Below are positions 50,311-60,003 of a stretch of DNA of 64,000 bases, in pieces (positions within the stretch are counted from its first letter, which is position 1; each line of letters starts with the position of its first letter). The stretch comes from Candidatus Omnitrophota bacterium. Lineage in GTDB: Bacteria; Omnitrophota; Gorgyraeia; B26-G9. The notes beneath the pieces were generated by a model. It saw only the letters and a program-made list of their open reading frames with translations, was not told where the DNA came from and did not search any database. The stretch is taken from positions 12,580 through 76,579 of the forward strand of contig JAHITE010000125.1 of the NCBI GenBank assembly GCA_018817585.1, written 5' to 3'. A program made the position numbers and the translations under genes.

Positions 50311-52167
50311 ATGAATTATCAAAAATCAAAATTCAGTTTAATATTCAAAATAATCTCTTTAGTGCTTATGCAGGCTTTTTTTATGATCGATATTGCTTGG
50401 GCAGGAGGAGAATTTATTATTACTAATACCCTCTCTAAAGCTTCTACTCTTGCGCCAAAAGTCACGTTAAACAGTATTGAAGTTTTTAATACTTATCTTT
50501 ATTTTCTTAAGGATTCAGGGACGGGTAGTGAAACCGAATTTCAGGAAACGGATTTAATAGAACCAGAAAAATATACTCCTCAAGGAGGCATATTAGGGCC
50601 TGAATTTATAGCGGATCAGCTGATTAGAGCCGTTAATTTAAAATATTCTATAAATGATGATATTGCTACTGCTGTAAATTTTGTCAGAAGGGATATCCTT
50701 GCAGGAGCCAATTACACAATAGAGGATTTTATTCAGGTTTTAAGAAAACAGACAGAATTAAAGGCTGCAGCGGATAGCCGGCTCAGCTATATGATTGAGG
50801 TGATCAATAAATATTTTATTTTTGATGAGATATTTGAGCCTAAAAATGATTTTGAAAAAAGGATAGCTGGTTATATAAATACAATTATTAGTGAACATAA
50901 TTCAACTCTGGGGAGTGAAGAAAAAAGTGATCGGATGCTTAGATTGCTTGATATTGTTGAAGCAAGAGATAAATTTCCAGGGGATTCTTTTAATAGGCCT
51001 TGGGCTTTGTTGACTATAGAATTTGAAGACGGTACGATAAGAACATATATTTTTAAAAAAGAAGTGTTGGGAGCGATGGAAAACTGGGGCTATTATATGC
51101 TCAAAACTCTTGGCATAGATGCTTCTAAAACAAGGAAATATGGAGAGAACTTATATTTGATTGTTCCTATAGGTAAGTTCAATCTGGGCAGAGTTAATGC
51201 GGAACAGTATTTAAATCATGAATTTGCCGAACGTTTAAGCTATTTGACAGGCAGAGCCGCGGTAAGAGCATTTATTTTGGGGTTGGCTGATAGAAAAACG
51301 AGTAATATGAGGGTTATCCTCGATGACTCAGGCCTGCCGCAGCAAATTATAAACGCTGATTTAGCTTCTTCTTTTACTTTCAGTAAAAAGGGCATGGAAC
51401 GCGTTGCAGTTAGTGAAGGTGTATGGTTACTAGGTGATATTTTAGCAGAGGCAAGAAAAGCTGGAGTGAGTAACAGAGGTTTAATTGAAATGATAGAAAA
51501 GTTTATGAACGGATTCAGATTGCAGCTAAGTGAGTTTCAGGATGGCTATTTATTTTTTAAGAATAGATTTGATAAATATGACCCCACGAACCAAGAGAAG
51601 CTTAGTTGGCAATGGGAACTTGCTTATCAGATGCAATCAAGGAAGTCGGTTGTGTTAGATAGAATAAATCCTTTAAATATTAATAATTATGAGATCAATA
51701 TATTCCTGTTAATGGAAATACTTTTAAGCCTCAAAAGCAGAAAATTCTTTAATGACGATGATTTCTTGAATATCGTTTTTAAAAAGAATGAGTTTGTTTT
51801 TGAAAAAACAGAGGATCTATTTAAAATGTTTAGACGTCAGGGAGTAGAGTTTTATAAAGACAATATTAAATTAATAGCAGATCTTTTGGAAGTGTTTAGT
51901 GATTTAGCGCATGAATTGGAAAAAAAAGAAAAGTATAATTCTGCGGTTATTTGCTATAGTTACGCGGTATATATAAGTAGTTTATTAGTTGAAAATGTGG
52001 AAGAAGATGCGCGTGATGGTTGGAGGCAACAAGAACAACTATTAAAGCAAGAGCTGAAAAAAATACGCGCGATTATAGCAGTTTCTGAAATAAAAGATGT
52101 TATGAGCAGAAATCCTTATTCAGGAGATATTGACTTTCAAGTTGAAACTATTAAACAGTCAATATGA
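50311..52167 (+). CDS. Putative exported protein with HipA/PI3-4K-like kinase motifs
   Basis: Signal-like N-terminus (IAWA|GG); YIFKK, ENWGYYMLKTLGI, FILGLADRKTSN, INADLASSF. Confidence 0.55.
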   Translation: MNYQKSKFSLIFKIISLVLMQAFFMIDIAWAGGEFIITNTLSKASTLAPKVTLNSIEVFNTYLYFLKDSGTGSETEFQETDLIEPEKYTPQGGILGPEFIADQLIRAVNLKYSINDDIATAVNFVRRDILAGANYTIEDFIQVLRKQTELKAAADSRLSYMIEVINKYFIFDEIFEPKNDFEKRIAGYINTIISEHNSTLGSEEKSDRMLRLLDIVEARDKFPGDSFNRPWALLTIEFEDGTIRTYIFKKEVLGAMENWGYYMLKTLGIDASKTRKYGENLYLIVPIGKFNLGRVNAEQYLNHEFAERLSYLTGRAAVRAFILGLADRKTSNMRVILDDSGLPQQIINADLASSFTFSKKGMERVAVSEGVWLLGDILAEARKAGVSNRGLIEMIEKFMNGFRLQLSEFQDGYLFFKNRFDKYDPTNQEKLSWQWELAYQMQSRKSVVLDRINPLNINNYEINIFLLMEILLSLKSRKFFNDDDFLNIVFKKNEFVFEKTEDLFKMFRRQGVEFYKDNIKLIADLLEVFSDLAHELEKKEKYNSAVICYSYAVYISSLLVENVEEDARDGWRQQEQLLKQELKKIRAIIAVSEIKDVMSRNPYSGDIDFQVETIKQSI

Positions 52168-52436
52168 AAACAGTGTGTAGCGTGTATTGTGGTAAATATG
52201 AATAAATCCTTTGAGATTGATAAGCGCAAGTCTTTTGAATTAAATAAGTTCTAACTTATCCTTCTGTTTTCAAAAAAATCTCCCGTTGATTTATCTGAGT
52301 TTTTGCCAAGCAAAGTAATTGTGACCTCTTGCTAAAATTATTACTTATGATGAGTTTTTGGCTAAAAACGGATCTTTAAAACCTTGGAGTATCTCTGCTA
52401 TAAAAAAAGAATAACATTACTTCTTTTGCGGTAGCT

Positions 52437-52697
52437 TTTATGGCTCATTCTTGAATAATGAGCCATAAATTACATAACTCAAGCAAAAAAAGATGATAGA
52501 TAAATTTTACGCTCAGTTATAAATTTTCTTGCGGTAAACCAGCAAGACCGGCAAACATAAACTGTGTTTTTGGCGCTGTGGAACTCACCCAGCTATGGCT
52601 GGGTTCAGACAGTCCTCGCGCCCAAAAGGGTTTCCAAAAACCCAATTTATATTTGCCTAAATTTATAAACGAGCTTAAAAATTCAATCATCATCTTT
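52437..52697. repeat. Large nested inverted-repeat element
   Basis: Palindrome 52437-52469; imperfect ~38-bp outer stem 52489/52697 with inner stems GGCAAACATAAACTGTGTTTTTGG/CCAAAAACCCAATTTATATTTGCC and ACCCAGC/GCTGGGT. Confidence 0.75.
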
Positions 52698-52837
52698 AGA
52701 AAAAGTCCACTTTATTTACGAAAGAACCGCTTTTATTAATAGTTCTATTTAATCTAGAGTGTTATTTCTCTTTGTTGTAACTGATTCCAATAAAAAAGTT
52801 TATAAAAATTAAACGCTTTACTCTAAGTATAAAATCA

Positions 52838-52866
52838 TTGATTTTTACTCTAATTATAGTTATACT
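52838..52866 (+). promoter_or_regulatory. Putative yggT promoter
   Basis: TTGATT-17 nt-TATACT. Confidence 0.45.
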
Positions 52867-52938
52867 GAAAATAATATTTTATTCTTTTTTCAGAGTATAG
52901 AGCAGATATTAATTATTTAAAACACAAAGAGGATAACT

Positions 52939-53244
52939 ATGTTTATTATTGCGTACATTCTTGAAGGCATAGCCACGGTTTTAGGTCTGGCTTTGAGCAT
53001 ATACTATTATTTGCTTTTAGCCAGAGTATTGATCAGCTGGGTTAATCCTGATCCATACAATCAAATTGTGGTTTTTTTGCGTCAGATGACTGATCCGATT
53101 CTGGAGCCTTTACGCCGTGTGTTTTTGCCTTTAACAATGCAGATCAGAGTTGATTTGTCACCGATTCTTGCTTTTTTTATCATTGTTTTTCTGCAGAAAT
53201 CTTTGGTGGGAATGCTATTTCATATTGCCTATATGCTTAAATAA
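52939..53244 (+). CDS. yggT: YggT family membrane protein
   Basis: LISWVNPDPYN, TDPILEPLRR, DLSPI. Confidence 0.92.
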   Translation: MFIIAYILEGIATVLGLALSIYYYLLLARVLISWVNPDPYNQIVVFLRQMTDPILEPLRRVFLPLTMQIRVDLSPILAFFIIVFLQKSLVGMLFHIAYMLK

Positions 53245-53252
53245 GGGGAAAA

Positions 53253-54959
53253 ATGAAGAGCCCGAATAATATAATCAATAGACTGCTGGATTCAGTTATC
53301 GGAGTTGTCGGAGCCGCTTCTTTAGTTCTTTTGCTTATTGAGTGGGGAATGATGCCGATTATCAAAGGTATGGGGATTACCATGCTGGATAGAATTGATA
53401 ATATTGTTCTAGTAATATTTCTGCTCTCAGTTATCAGCCGTTTTATCAAATCTGAGTCAAAAAAAGAATATTTTAAGAATTACTGGATCGATCTTTTAGT
53501 ATTTGTTCCTTGTTTTTGTTTTTTTAAAGGAATTCATAACGCGAAGTTATTTCTTGTGATAAGAGAAGCGATTGTATTGTTTGGGTTTTGGCATAAGAAC
53601 AAGTTTTCCCAAAAGTTAATTAGTTTATTAGGCTTAAAACCAGCACATTTGCTGATAGCTAGTTTTATGATGACGATTCTGATCGGAACCTTTCTCCTTA
53701 CTTTGCCGATATCGACTCAGACCGGACAGGGTTTGAATTTTGTTGATGCTTTGTTTACTGCCACCTCCGCGACTTGTGTTACCGGGCTTATTGTGCGCGA
53801 TACAGGAACGTTTTTTTCTGGTTTTGGCCAGTTTGTGATTTTGGCTTTGATTCAGATTGGAGCTTTAGGAATAATGACATTTTCCGTAACTTTATTTTTG
53901 TTCGCGGGCAAACAAATGTCGAATAAGGAAGCAATGACTATGCAGGATGTTCTCGATCAGGACAGCCTTTCGGGAATAAGGGAACTGATTCATTTTATTG
54001 CTAAGATGACAATATTTGTCGAGTTGCTGGGAGCAATATTTTTGTATGTGGGATTTGAGCCTTATATCGCGGATCCCTGGCAAAGATTATACACCTCATT
54101 ATTTCACTCTGTTTCCGCTTTTTGTAATGCCGGATTTTCTTTGTTTAGCGATAATTTAATGCAGTATGTTAAGGATGATATTATTAATCTTACGATTGCT
54201 TTTTTAATTATTTTCGGCGGATTAGGGTTTATCGTAGTCAAGGATGTCTGGGGAAAATTTGTTAAAAAGGACCGGCCAAAAAGTTTAGGGCTTAAAGTCC
54301 ATACGAAAATTGTTCTTTCAATCACATTTTTTTTAATTCTCGCGGGAACAATCTGTATATTCTTCGCGGAAAATAACAGCGCTATTTTAAGCGGCATGAC
54401 TTTGAAGGATAAGATCTTAATTAGTTTTTTTCAGTCTGTTTCTACTCGAACTGCTGGTTTTAATACCATTGACATTGGGAAAATGGCCAATGCGAGTATT
54501 TTTAGTATGATTATTCTGATGTTTATCGGAGCCTCAGCTGGTTCAACCGGAGGGGGGATTAAGACAACCACATTTTGGATGCTGCTTAAATCATTTACCA
54601 GCAGCATGCACAGCAAAGATGATATTGATTCATTTAAACGCGAGATACCAAGAAGTATTGTGCAAAAATCCATGGCTATTTTCGTGTTGGCCTTGAGCTT
54701 TGTGATTATATTTATGTATTTAGTTTCTTTGTTTGAAAATTTAGCTTTTCGGGATCTGATATTTGAAGTGGTTTCTGCTTTTGGCACAGTTGGTTTATCT
54801 ACTGGAATTACGGCATCACTGCATTTGCCGGGTAAAATTCTAATAACCCTGCTTATGTTCTTAGGCCGGCTTGGCCCTTTGACAGTTGTTTTGGCTTTTT
54901 CCGGATATAAACAAAAAATAAATTACACCTTTGCCCAAGAAAAAATCATGGTAGGGTAA
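53253..54959 (+). CDS. trkH: TrkH/KtrB potassium uptake protein with N-terminal membrane extension
   Basis: TSATCVTGL, SAFCNAGF, RTAGF, SAFGTVGLS pore loops. Confidence 0.92.
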   Translation: MKSPNNIINRLLDSVIGVVGAASLVLLLIEWGMMPIIKGMGITMLDRIDNIVLVIFLLSVISRFIKSESKKEYFKNYWIDLLVFVPCFCFFKGIHNAKLFLVIREAIVLFGFWHKNKFSQKLISLLGLKPAHLLIASFMMTILIGTFLLTLPISTQTGQGLNFVDALFTATSATCVTGLIVRDTGTFFSGFGQFVILALIQIGALGIMTFSVTLFLFAGKQMSNKEAMTMQDVLDQDSLSGIRELIHFIAKMTIFVELLGAIFLYVGFEPYIADPWQRLYTSLFHSVSAFCNAGFSLFSDNLMQYVKDDIINLTIAFLIIFGGLGFIVVKDVWGKFVKKDRPKSLGLKVHTKIVLSITFFLILAGTICIFFAENNSAILSGMTLKDKILISFFQSVSTRTAGFNTIDIGKMANASIFSMIILMFIGASAGSTGGGIKTTTFWMLLKSFTSSMHSKDDIDSFKREIPRSIVQKSMAIFVLALSFVIIFMYLVSLFENLAFRDLIFEVVSAFGTVGLSTGITASLHLPGKILITLLMFLGRLGPLTVVLAFSGYKQKINYTFAQEKIMVG

Positions 54960-55032
54960 AATAGCGTATAGCGATTAGCATTTAGGAAAAACATAAAGAG
55001 CTTAGCGGCTAATAGGTGATAGTCAATAGTTT

Positions 55033-55156
55033 GGCAAAAATTCTCTTTGAGCGGCGCTTTCGAACGTAATTTTGACAGGGATGTCAAAATAGTGAGAACG
55101 CGCGGCTGAGACTGCACGATGCAGACTCAGGCTTAGCGAAAAGATGTGTTTTTGCC
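55033..55156 (+). repeat. ~122-nt structured repeat, copy 2 (upstream of hemB)
   Basis: Differs from copy 1 at only a few positions. Confidence 0.92.
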
Positions 55157-55277
55157 TGTAAAACAACTCTTTTTTTATCTTTGCTCGATATATCAGAGTT
55201 TAGCGGTTAGGAAAAGCGAATATAAAATGTCATAAGGATATAATTTATAATTGATGAGAATCTGAGGAGGAATAATA

Positions 55278-56333
55278 ATGTATTATCCGATTAAAAGATT
55301 AAGAAGATTGCGGAAAAATCATTTTTTGCGCGAGATGTTTAAGGAAACTGAGTTAAATGCGCGTTCTTTTGTTTATCCGGTTTTTGTGGTGGAAGGCCAG
55401 TCGATTAAGGATCCGATAGAATCCATGCCGGGCATGTTTAGAATGTCAGTGGATAATCTGCTTAAGGAAGTAAAAGAAGTAGAAGGACTGCATATTCCGG
55501 CAATAATGCTTTTTGGAATTCCGGAAAAGAAAGATGAAAGAGCAACCAGCGCTTATGCTAAAAACAGTATAGTTCAGGCCGCGATTAAAGCAATAAAGGA
55601 AAAATTCCCTAATCTTTTAATTATTACTGATGTTTGTTTATGCGCTTATACAACTTCCGGGCATTGTGGGATTGTGAAGAATATTATGGCCTCAACAAAT
55701 AATGAAACAGAAAAGGAAGAAGCTAATCCGGAAACAGGTAAGTCTAAGGAAATTGTTGTGTATAATGACGCGACATGTGAGCTTCTTGCTAAAATGGCGC
55801 TTTCCCACGCGGAAGCCGGCGTAGATATGGTTGCTCCCAGCAGTATGATGGATGGCCAGGTTTTGGCAATTAGAAAAGCTCTAGACGCGAATAATTTTAA
55901 ACATCTGCCGATTATGTCATATAGCGCTAAATTTGATTCCAGTTTTTATGGTCCATTTCGCGACGCGGCTAAATCATCGCCGGAATTCGGAGATAGAAAA
56001 ACCTATCAATTAAATCCGGCAAACGCGAATGAAGCAATGAAAGAAATTGAGCTGGATATTCAAGAAGGCGCTGATATTGTTATGGTTAAACCAGCCTTGG
56101 CTTATTTGGATATTGTAAGCAAAGCAAAACAGAATTTTGACTTACCCATAGCGGTGTATAATGTAAGTGGTGAATATTCCATGGTAAAAGCAGCGGCAGC
56201 TGCTGGACTGGTTGATGAAAAAGCAATTATCATGGAAATGCTGGTTTGCATGAAAAGAGCCGGAGCTGATTTGATTGTTACTTATCATGCTAAAGACGCG
56301 GCCAGATGGTTGAGTGGGAAATTTTTACTATAA
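55278..56333 (+). CDS. hemB: Porphobilinogen synthase
   Basis: DVCLCAYT..GHC, FYGPFRDA, MVKP, YNVSGEY. Confidence 0.97.
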   Translation: MYYPIKRLRRLRKNHFLREMFKETELNARSFVYPVFVVEGQSIKDPIESMPGMFRMSVDNLLKEVKEVEGLHIPAIMLFGIPEKKDERATSAYAKNSIVQAAIKAIKEKFPNLLIITDVCLCAYTTSGHCGIVKNIMASTNNETEKEEANPETGKSKEIVVYNDATCELLAKMALSHAEAGVDMVAPSSMMDGQVLAIRKALDANNFKHLPIMSYSAKFDSSFYGPFRDAAKSSPEFGDRKTYQLNPANANEAMKEIELDIQEGADIVMVKPALAYLDIVSKAKQNFDLPIAVYNVSGEYSMVKAAAAAGLVDEKAIIMEMLVCMKRAGADLIVTYHAKDAARWLSGKFLL

Positions 56334-56360
56334 ATATAGATCAAAAAGAAAGATTTGATA

Positions 56361-57377
56361 ATGTTGATTTCATGGAATATAACCAAAGCTTGTAATTTAG
56401 TGTGTGAACACTGCTATCGTGATGCTGGCGCTGCCCAAAAAGATGAGCTTACGTTAGAAGAAGGCAAAAAATTGCTTTTTGATCTAAAAGAACTTGGGTT
56501 TAAAATTGTTATTTTTTCCGGAGGCGAGCCGCTTTTAAGATCGGAATTATTTGATTGGATTAAGTACGCAAAGAGTTTAGGCTTGATCAGTGTTTTAGGC
56601 ACAAATGGAACATTACTTGATCTTGCTTGCGCCCAAAAACTAAAACAGGCTGGTCTTAAACGCGCGGGGATAAGTCTTGATTCTGTGGATCCGACCAGGC
56701 ATGATGCCTTTCGCTGTGTGCAAGGCTGCTGGCAAAAATCGATTGAAGGCATGAAACACTGCAAAGACGCGGGGCTGGAGTTTCAGGTGCATACTACAGT
56801 CACAACGAAAAATATAAATGAAGTTTTGGCAATAACTGACTTAGCCCAGGAGCTGGGGGCTGAAGCGCATCACATTTTTTTTCTAGTGCCTACCGGGCGA
56901 GGCAAAGATATTGATAATGTTATTCCTTCAGCCGCGGAATACGAACGTTTGCTCGGTGAGATTTTAGAAAAACAAAAATCAGTAAAACTGGAATTAAAGC
57001 CGGTTTGCGCGCCGCAGTTTATGCGGATTGCCGCGGAGAAAAAAATAAAAACTCGGTTTAATAAAGGCTGTTTATCCGGAGTGAGCTATGCTTGTGTCCT
57101 GCCCAATGGGGATGTTCATCCCTGTCCTTATATGCCGATTCATTTAGGTAATGTTCGGGAGCTGGGATTTAAGAAAATATGGCAAGAAAATAAAGTGCTT
57201 AATGATTTAAGAAAAATGGCGTGGCAGGGTAAATGCGGTATCTGCGAGTATAAAAAAATGTGTTCTGGCTGCCGGGCCACAGCTTATTTTCAAACAGGGG
57301 GCAATTATTTAGGGGAAGATACTAATTGTAATTATGAGCCAAAAAGAAAAAGAGATTCTCAAAGTATTGCAATCTGA
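56361..57377 (+). CDS. ahbD: Radical SAM/SPASM heme synthase (AhbD/NirJ2-like)
   Basis: SWNITKACNLVCEHCYR, FFLVPTGRG, CAPQF, SPASM cysteines; next to ahbA/B. Confidence 0.8.
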   Translation: MLISWNITKACNLVCEHCYRDAGAAQKDELTLEEGKKLLFDLKELGFKIVIFSGGEPLLRSELFDWIKYAKSLGLISVLGTNGTLLDLACAQKLKQAGLKRAGISLDSVDPTRHDAFRCVQGCWQKSIEGMKHCKDAGLEFQVHTTVTTKNINEVLAITDLAQELGAEAHHIFFLVPTGRGKDIDNVIPSAAEYERLLGEILEKQKSVKLELKPVCAPQFMRIAAEKKIKTRFNKGCLSGVSYACVLPNGDVHPCPYMPIHLGNVRELGFKKIWQENKVLNDLRKMAWQGKCGICEYKKMCSGCRATAYFQTGGNYLGEDTNCNYEPKRKRDSQSIAI

Positions 57378-57780
57378 TTTTCCAATCATTGAAAATCCCT
57401 ATCAAGTGTTGGCCAAGCGTTTGGGGATTAGTCCTAAACAATTATTATTAAAAATAGAAAAATTTAAACAAAATAAAACTATCCGGAGAATCGGGGCGGT
57501 TGCCTCCGCCGCGCATTTGGGTTACAAAAGCATGCTGATCGCCGCGCGGGTTAAGCCTGAATCAGTGGAAAAAACCGCGGCTTTTATTAATTCCTTTGAA
57601 AATGTTACGCATAATTATCTGCGCAAAGCAGAATATAATTTATGGTTTACTTATAGCGCTAAGACAAGCAAGCAGATAAACAGTTTTATTGCTAAGATAA
57701 AAAAACTAAAGGGAGTAGAAGAAGTGCTGGTTTTACCAGCTACCCAGACTTTTAAAATAAAAGCGGAGTTTAAGTTTTGA
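57334..57780 (+). CDS. ahbA: Siroheme decarboxylase subunit alpha
   Basis: LQSDFPI..PY, IRRIG, VTHNYLR, NLWFT, FKI. Confidence 0.88.
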   Translation: MSQKEKEILKVLQSDFPIIENPYQVLAKRLGISPKQLLLKIEKFKQNKTIRRIGAVASAAHLGYKSMLIAARVKPESVEKTAAFINSFENVTHNYLRKAEYNLWFTYSAKTSKQINSFIAKIKKLKGVEEVLVLPATQTFKIKAEFKF

Positions 57781-58250
57781 ATAAACTTACTGAATTGCAA
57801 AAGAATATATTAAACTTCTTACAGCAGGATATACCCGCTAAAGAACATCCTTATTCGGAAATAGCATTAGAGAATAATGTCGATGAAAAAACAATAGTCA
57901 GCCAGATTAAGCTACTAAAAAATATAGGATATATCCGAAGATTCGGCGCGATATTAGCGCATCATAAAGTGGGCTTAAAAGCCAATTGCATGTGTGTTTG
58001 GATTGTTCCTGAAAATAAAGTAAAAAAAATAGCTGATCGCGTGAAAAAAATAGCACAGATAAGTCATTGTTATTCGCGGAAAACCACAAAAAAATGGCCT
58101 TATAACTTTTATACAATGATTCATGGTCAGACAAAAAAACAATGCTTTGAAGTAATTGAATTTTTAGCTAAAACAGCTAAACTTAATGATTATCGCGTGC
58201 TTTTTACGGAAAAACAGTTTAAAAAAACCAGTCCGAAATACAGGGTTTAG
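57777..58250 (+). CDS. ahbB: Siroheme decarboxylase subunit beta
   Basis: IRRFGA, SHCYSR, WPYNFYTMIHG, FKKTS. Confidence 0.88.
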   Translation: MNKLTELQKNILNFLQQDIPAKEHPYSEIALENNVDEKTIVSQIKLLKNIGYIRRFGAILAHHKVGLKANCMCVWIVPENKVKKIADRVKKIAQISHCYSRKTTKKWPYNFYTMIHGQTKKQCFEVIEFLAKTAKLNDYRVLFTEKQFKKTSPKYRV

Positions 58251-58278
58251 CATTTAGGGTGTAGGGTTTAGAATTTGG

Positions 58279-58402
58279 GGCAAAAATTCTCTGCGAGCGG
58301 CGCTTTCGAACGTAATTTTGATAAGGATATCAAAATAGTGAGAACGCGCGGCTGAGCCTGCACGATGTAGGTTCAGCCTTAGCGAGAAGACGTGTTTTTA
58401 CC
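58279..58402 (+). repeat. ~122-nt structured repeat, copy 3 (upstream of hemL)
   Basis: More diverged copy with compensatory and G-U-preserving stem changes. Confidence 0.9.
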
Positions 58403-58448
58403 TTTGTAAAACCTTTGACAGGCTTAAGGCGAATAGGAAAAATAAAAA

Positions 58449-59738
58449 ATGGAAAAAAGAGAAAAATCACAACAACTCTATAAGCAAGCGCAGGAAATAA
58501 TGCCGGCAGGGGTTAATTCTCCGGTGCGCGCTTTTGGCGCGGTGGGCGGAGATCCAATTTTTATTAAAAAGGGCAAAGGTTCCAGGATTTACGATGTTGA
58601 TGGTAATTCGTATATTGATTATGTGTTAAGCTGGGGGCCTTTAATTTTAGGCCACGCGGAAAAACAGGTTATTGCCTATATAAAACAGGCTCTGAGCAAG
58701 GGGACAAGTTTTGGCGCGCCTACAGAGGCTGAGACAAACATAGCTCAGATGATTAAGCGGGCTTTTCCTAGTATGGAAAAAATGCGCTTGGTTAATTCCG
58801 GCACTGAAGCAACAATGAGCGCGATTCGTTTAGCGCGCGGATTTACTAAAAAAGATAAAATTATTAAGTTTGAAGGCTGCTATCATGGGCATACAGACAG
58901 TTTGTTGGTAAAAGCCGGCAGTGGAGCTGCTACTTTTGGTATTCCGACCAGCACAGGCATTCCTTATGAATTGACTAAAAATACAATTGTTTTGCCCTAT
59001 AATGATATTGATCAGGTTCGGGCAATTATCCGGTCTAGCCACAAACAGATCGCCGCGGTTATCTTAGAGCCGGTTTGCGGTAATATGGGTGTCGTGGTGC
59101 CCAAAGACAATTTTCTCGCGGATTTAAGGCAACTGACCAGAGAATATGACATACTGCTGATCTTTGATGAGGTTATGACTGGTTTTCGCTTTTGTTTTGG
59201 CGGAGCGCAGACAATATTTAAGATAAATCCCGATATTACTTGTTTGGGTAAGATTATTGGCGGCGGCTTACCGATTGGCGCTTATGGAGCCAGCCAGGAG
59301 ATAATGGATTGTGTTAGTCCTTTGGGTGGTATGTACCAGGCTGGAACATTGTCGGGAAATCCGATCGCTGTTGCTTGCGGATTAAAAACCCTGCAGATTT
59401 TACAAATAGTGGATTATAAAAAAATTATAACAATGACCGAAGCCTTATGTACAGCAATAGAAGCTATCGCGCGGGAAAATAAACTGGATTTAACAGTCAA
59501 TTATCTTGGCTCGATGTTTACTCTGTTTTTTACAAATAAAAAGGTGTTTAATTATCAGGATGCTTGTTCGTGTAATACAAAAAACTACGCGGCTTATTTT
59601 ACTCGTATGCTGGAATCAGGGGTATACTGTGCTCCCTCACAATTTGAGGCAAATTTTTTATCTTTCGCCCATGGTAAAAAGGATATAGAAGATACTATTC
59701 AAGCAGCCAAAAACGCCTTAACTAGTAAAGATGATTGA
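58449..59738 (+). CDS. hemL: Glutamate-1-semialdehyde 2,1-aminomutase
   Basis: GVNSPVRAF, SGTEA, FDEVMTG, GKIIGGG, YQAGT. Confidence 0.97.
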   Translation: MEKREKSQQLYKQAQEIMPAGVNSPVRAFGAVGGDPIFIKKGKGSRIYDVDGNSYIDYVLSWGPLILGHAEKQVIAYIKQALSKGTSFGAPTEAETNIAQMIKRAFPSMEKMRLVNSGTEATMSAIRLARGFTKKDKIIKFEGCYHGHTDSLLVKAGSGAATFGIPTSTGIPYELTKNTIVLPYNDIDQVRAIIRSSHKQIAAVILEPVCGNMGVVVPKDNFLADLRQLTREYDILLIFDEVMTGFRFCFGGAQTIFKINPDITCLGKIIGGGLPIGAYGASQEIMDCVSPLGGMYQAGTLSGNPIAVACGLKTLQILQIVDYKKIITMTEALCTAIEAIARENKLDLTVNYLGSMFTLFFTNKKVFNYQDACSCNTKNYAAYFTRMLESGVYCAPSQFEANFLSFAHGKKDIEDTIQAAKNALTSKDD

Positions 59739-59766
59739 TTAATAGGTTCACAATGAGGTTTAATTT

Positions 59767-60003
59767 ATGTTTAGCATAGGAATGCCGGAATTAATTTTAG
59801 TTTTTGTGGTTGCCTTGCTGGTATTTGGGCCTAAAAAACTGCCAGAGATTGGTAGAATGTTGGGTAAAGCAATGCGTGAATTTAAAAAAGCCTCAGATGA
59901 TTTTAAAGAAGCTTTAAATCAAGAACCTCCGGAAGAAATAGTTAAAGAAGTGGAAGCTGCGTTAAAAGCGAATAAAGAAAAAGAAGGGGAGATCTATAAG
60001 TGA
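59767..60003 (+). CDS. tatA: TatA/TatB family subunit
   Basis: [19 protein letters not shown]. Confidence 0.88.
   Translation: MFSIGMPELILVFVVALLVFGPKKLPEIGRMLGKAMREFKKASDDFKEALNQEPPEEIVKEVEAALKANKEKEGEIYK

Noticed and set aside
52168-52400. Possible gene remnant after the kinase-like gene
   Set aside because: The frames I translated were stop-riddled with no recognisable motif.
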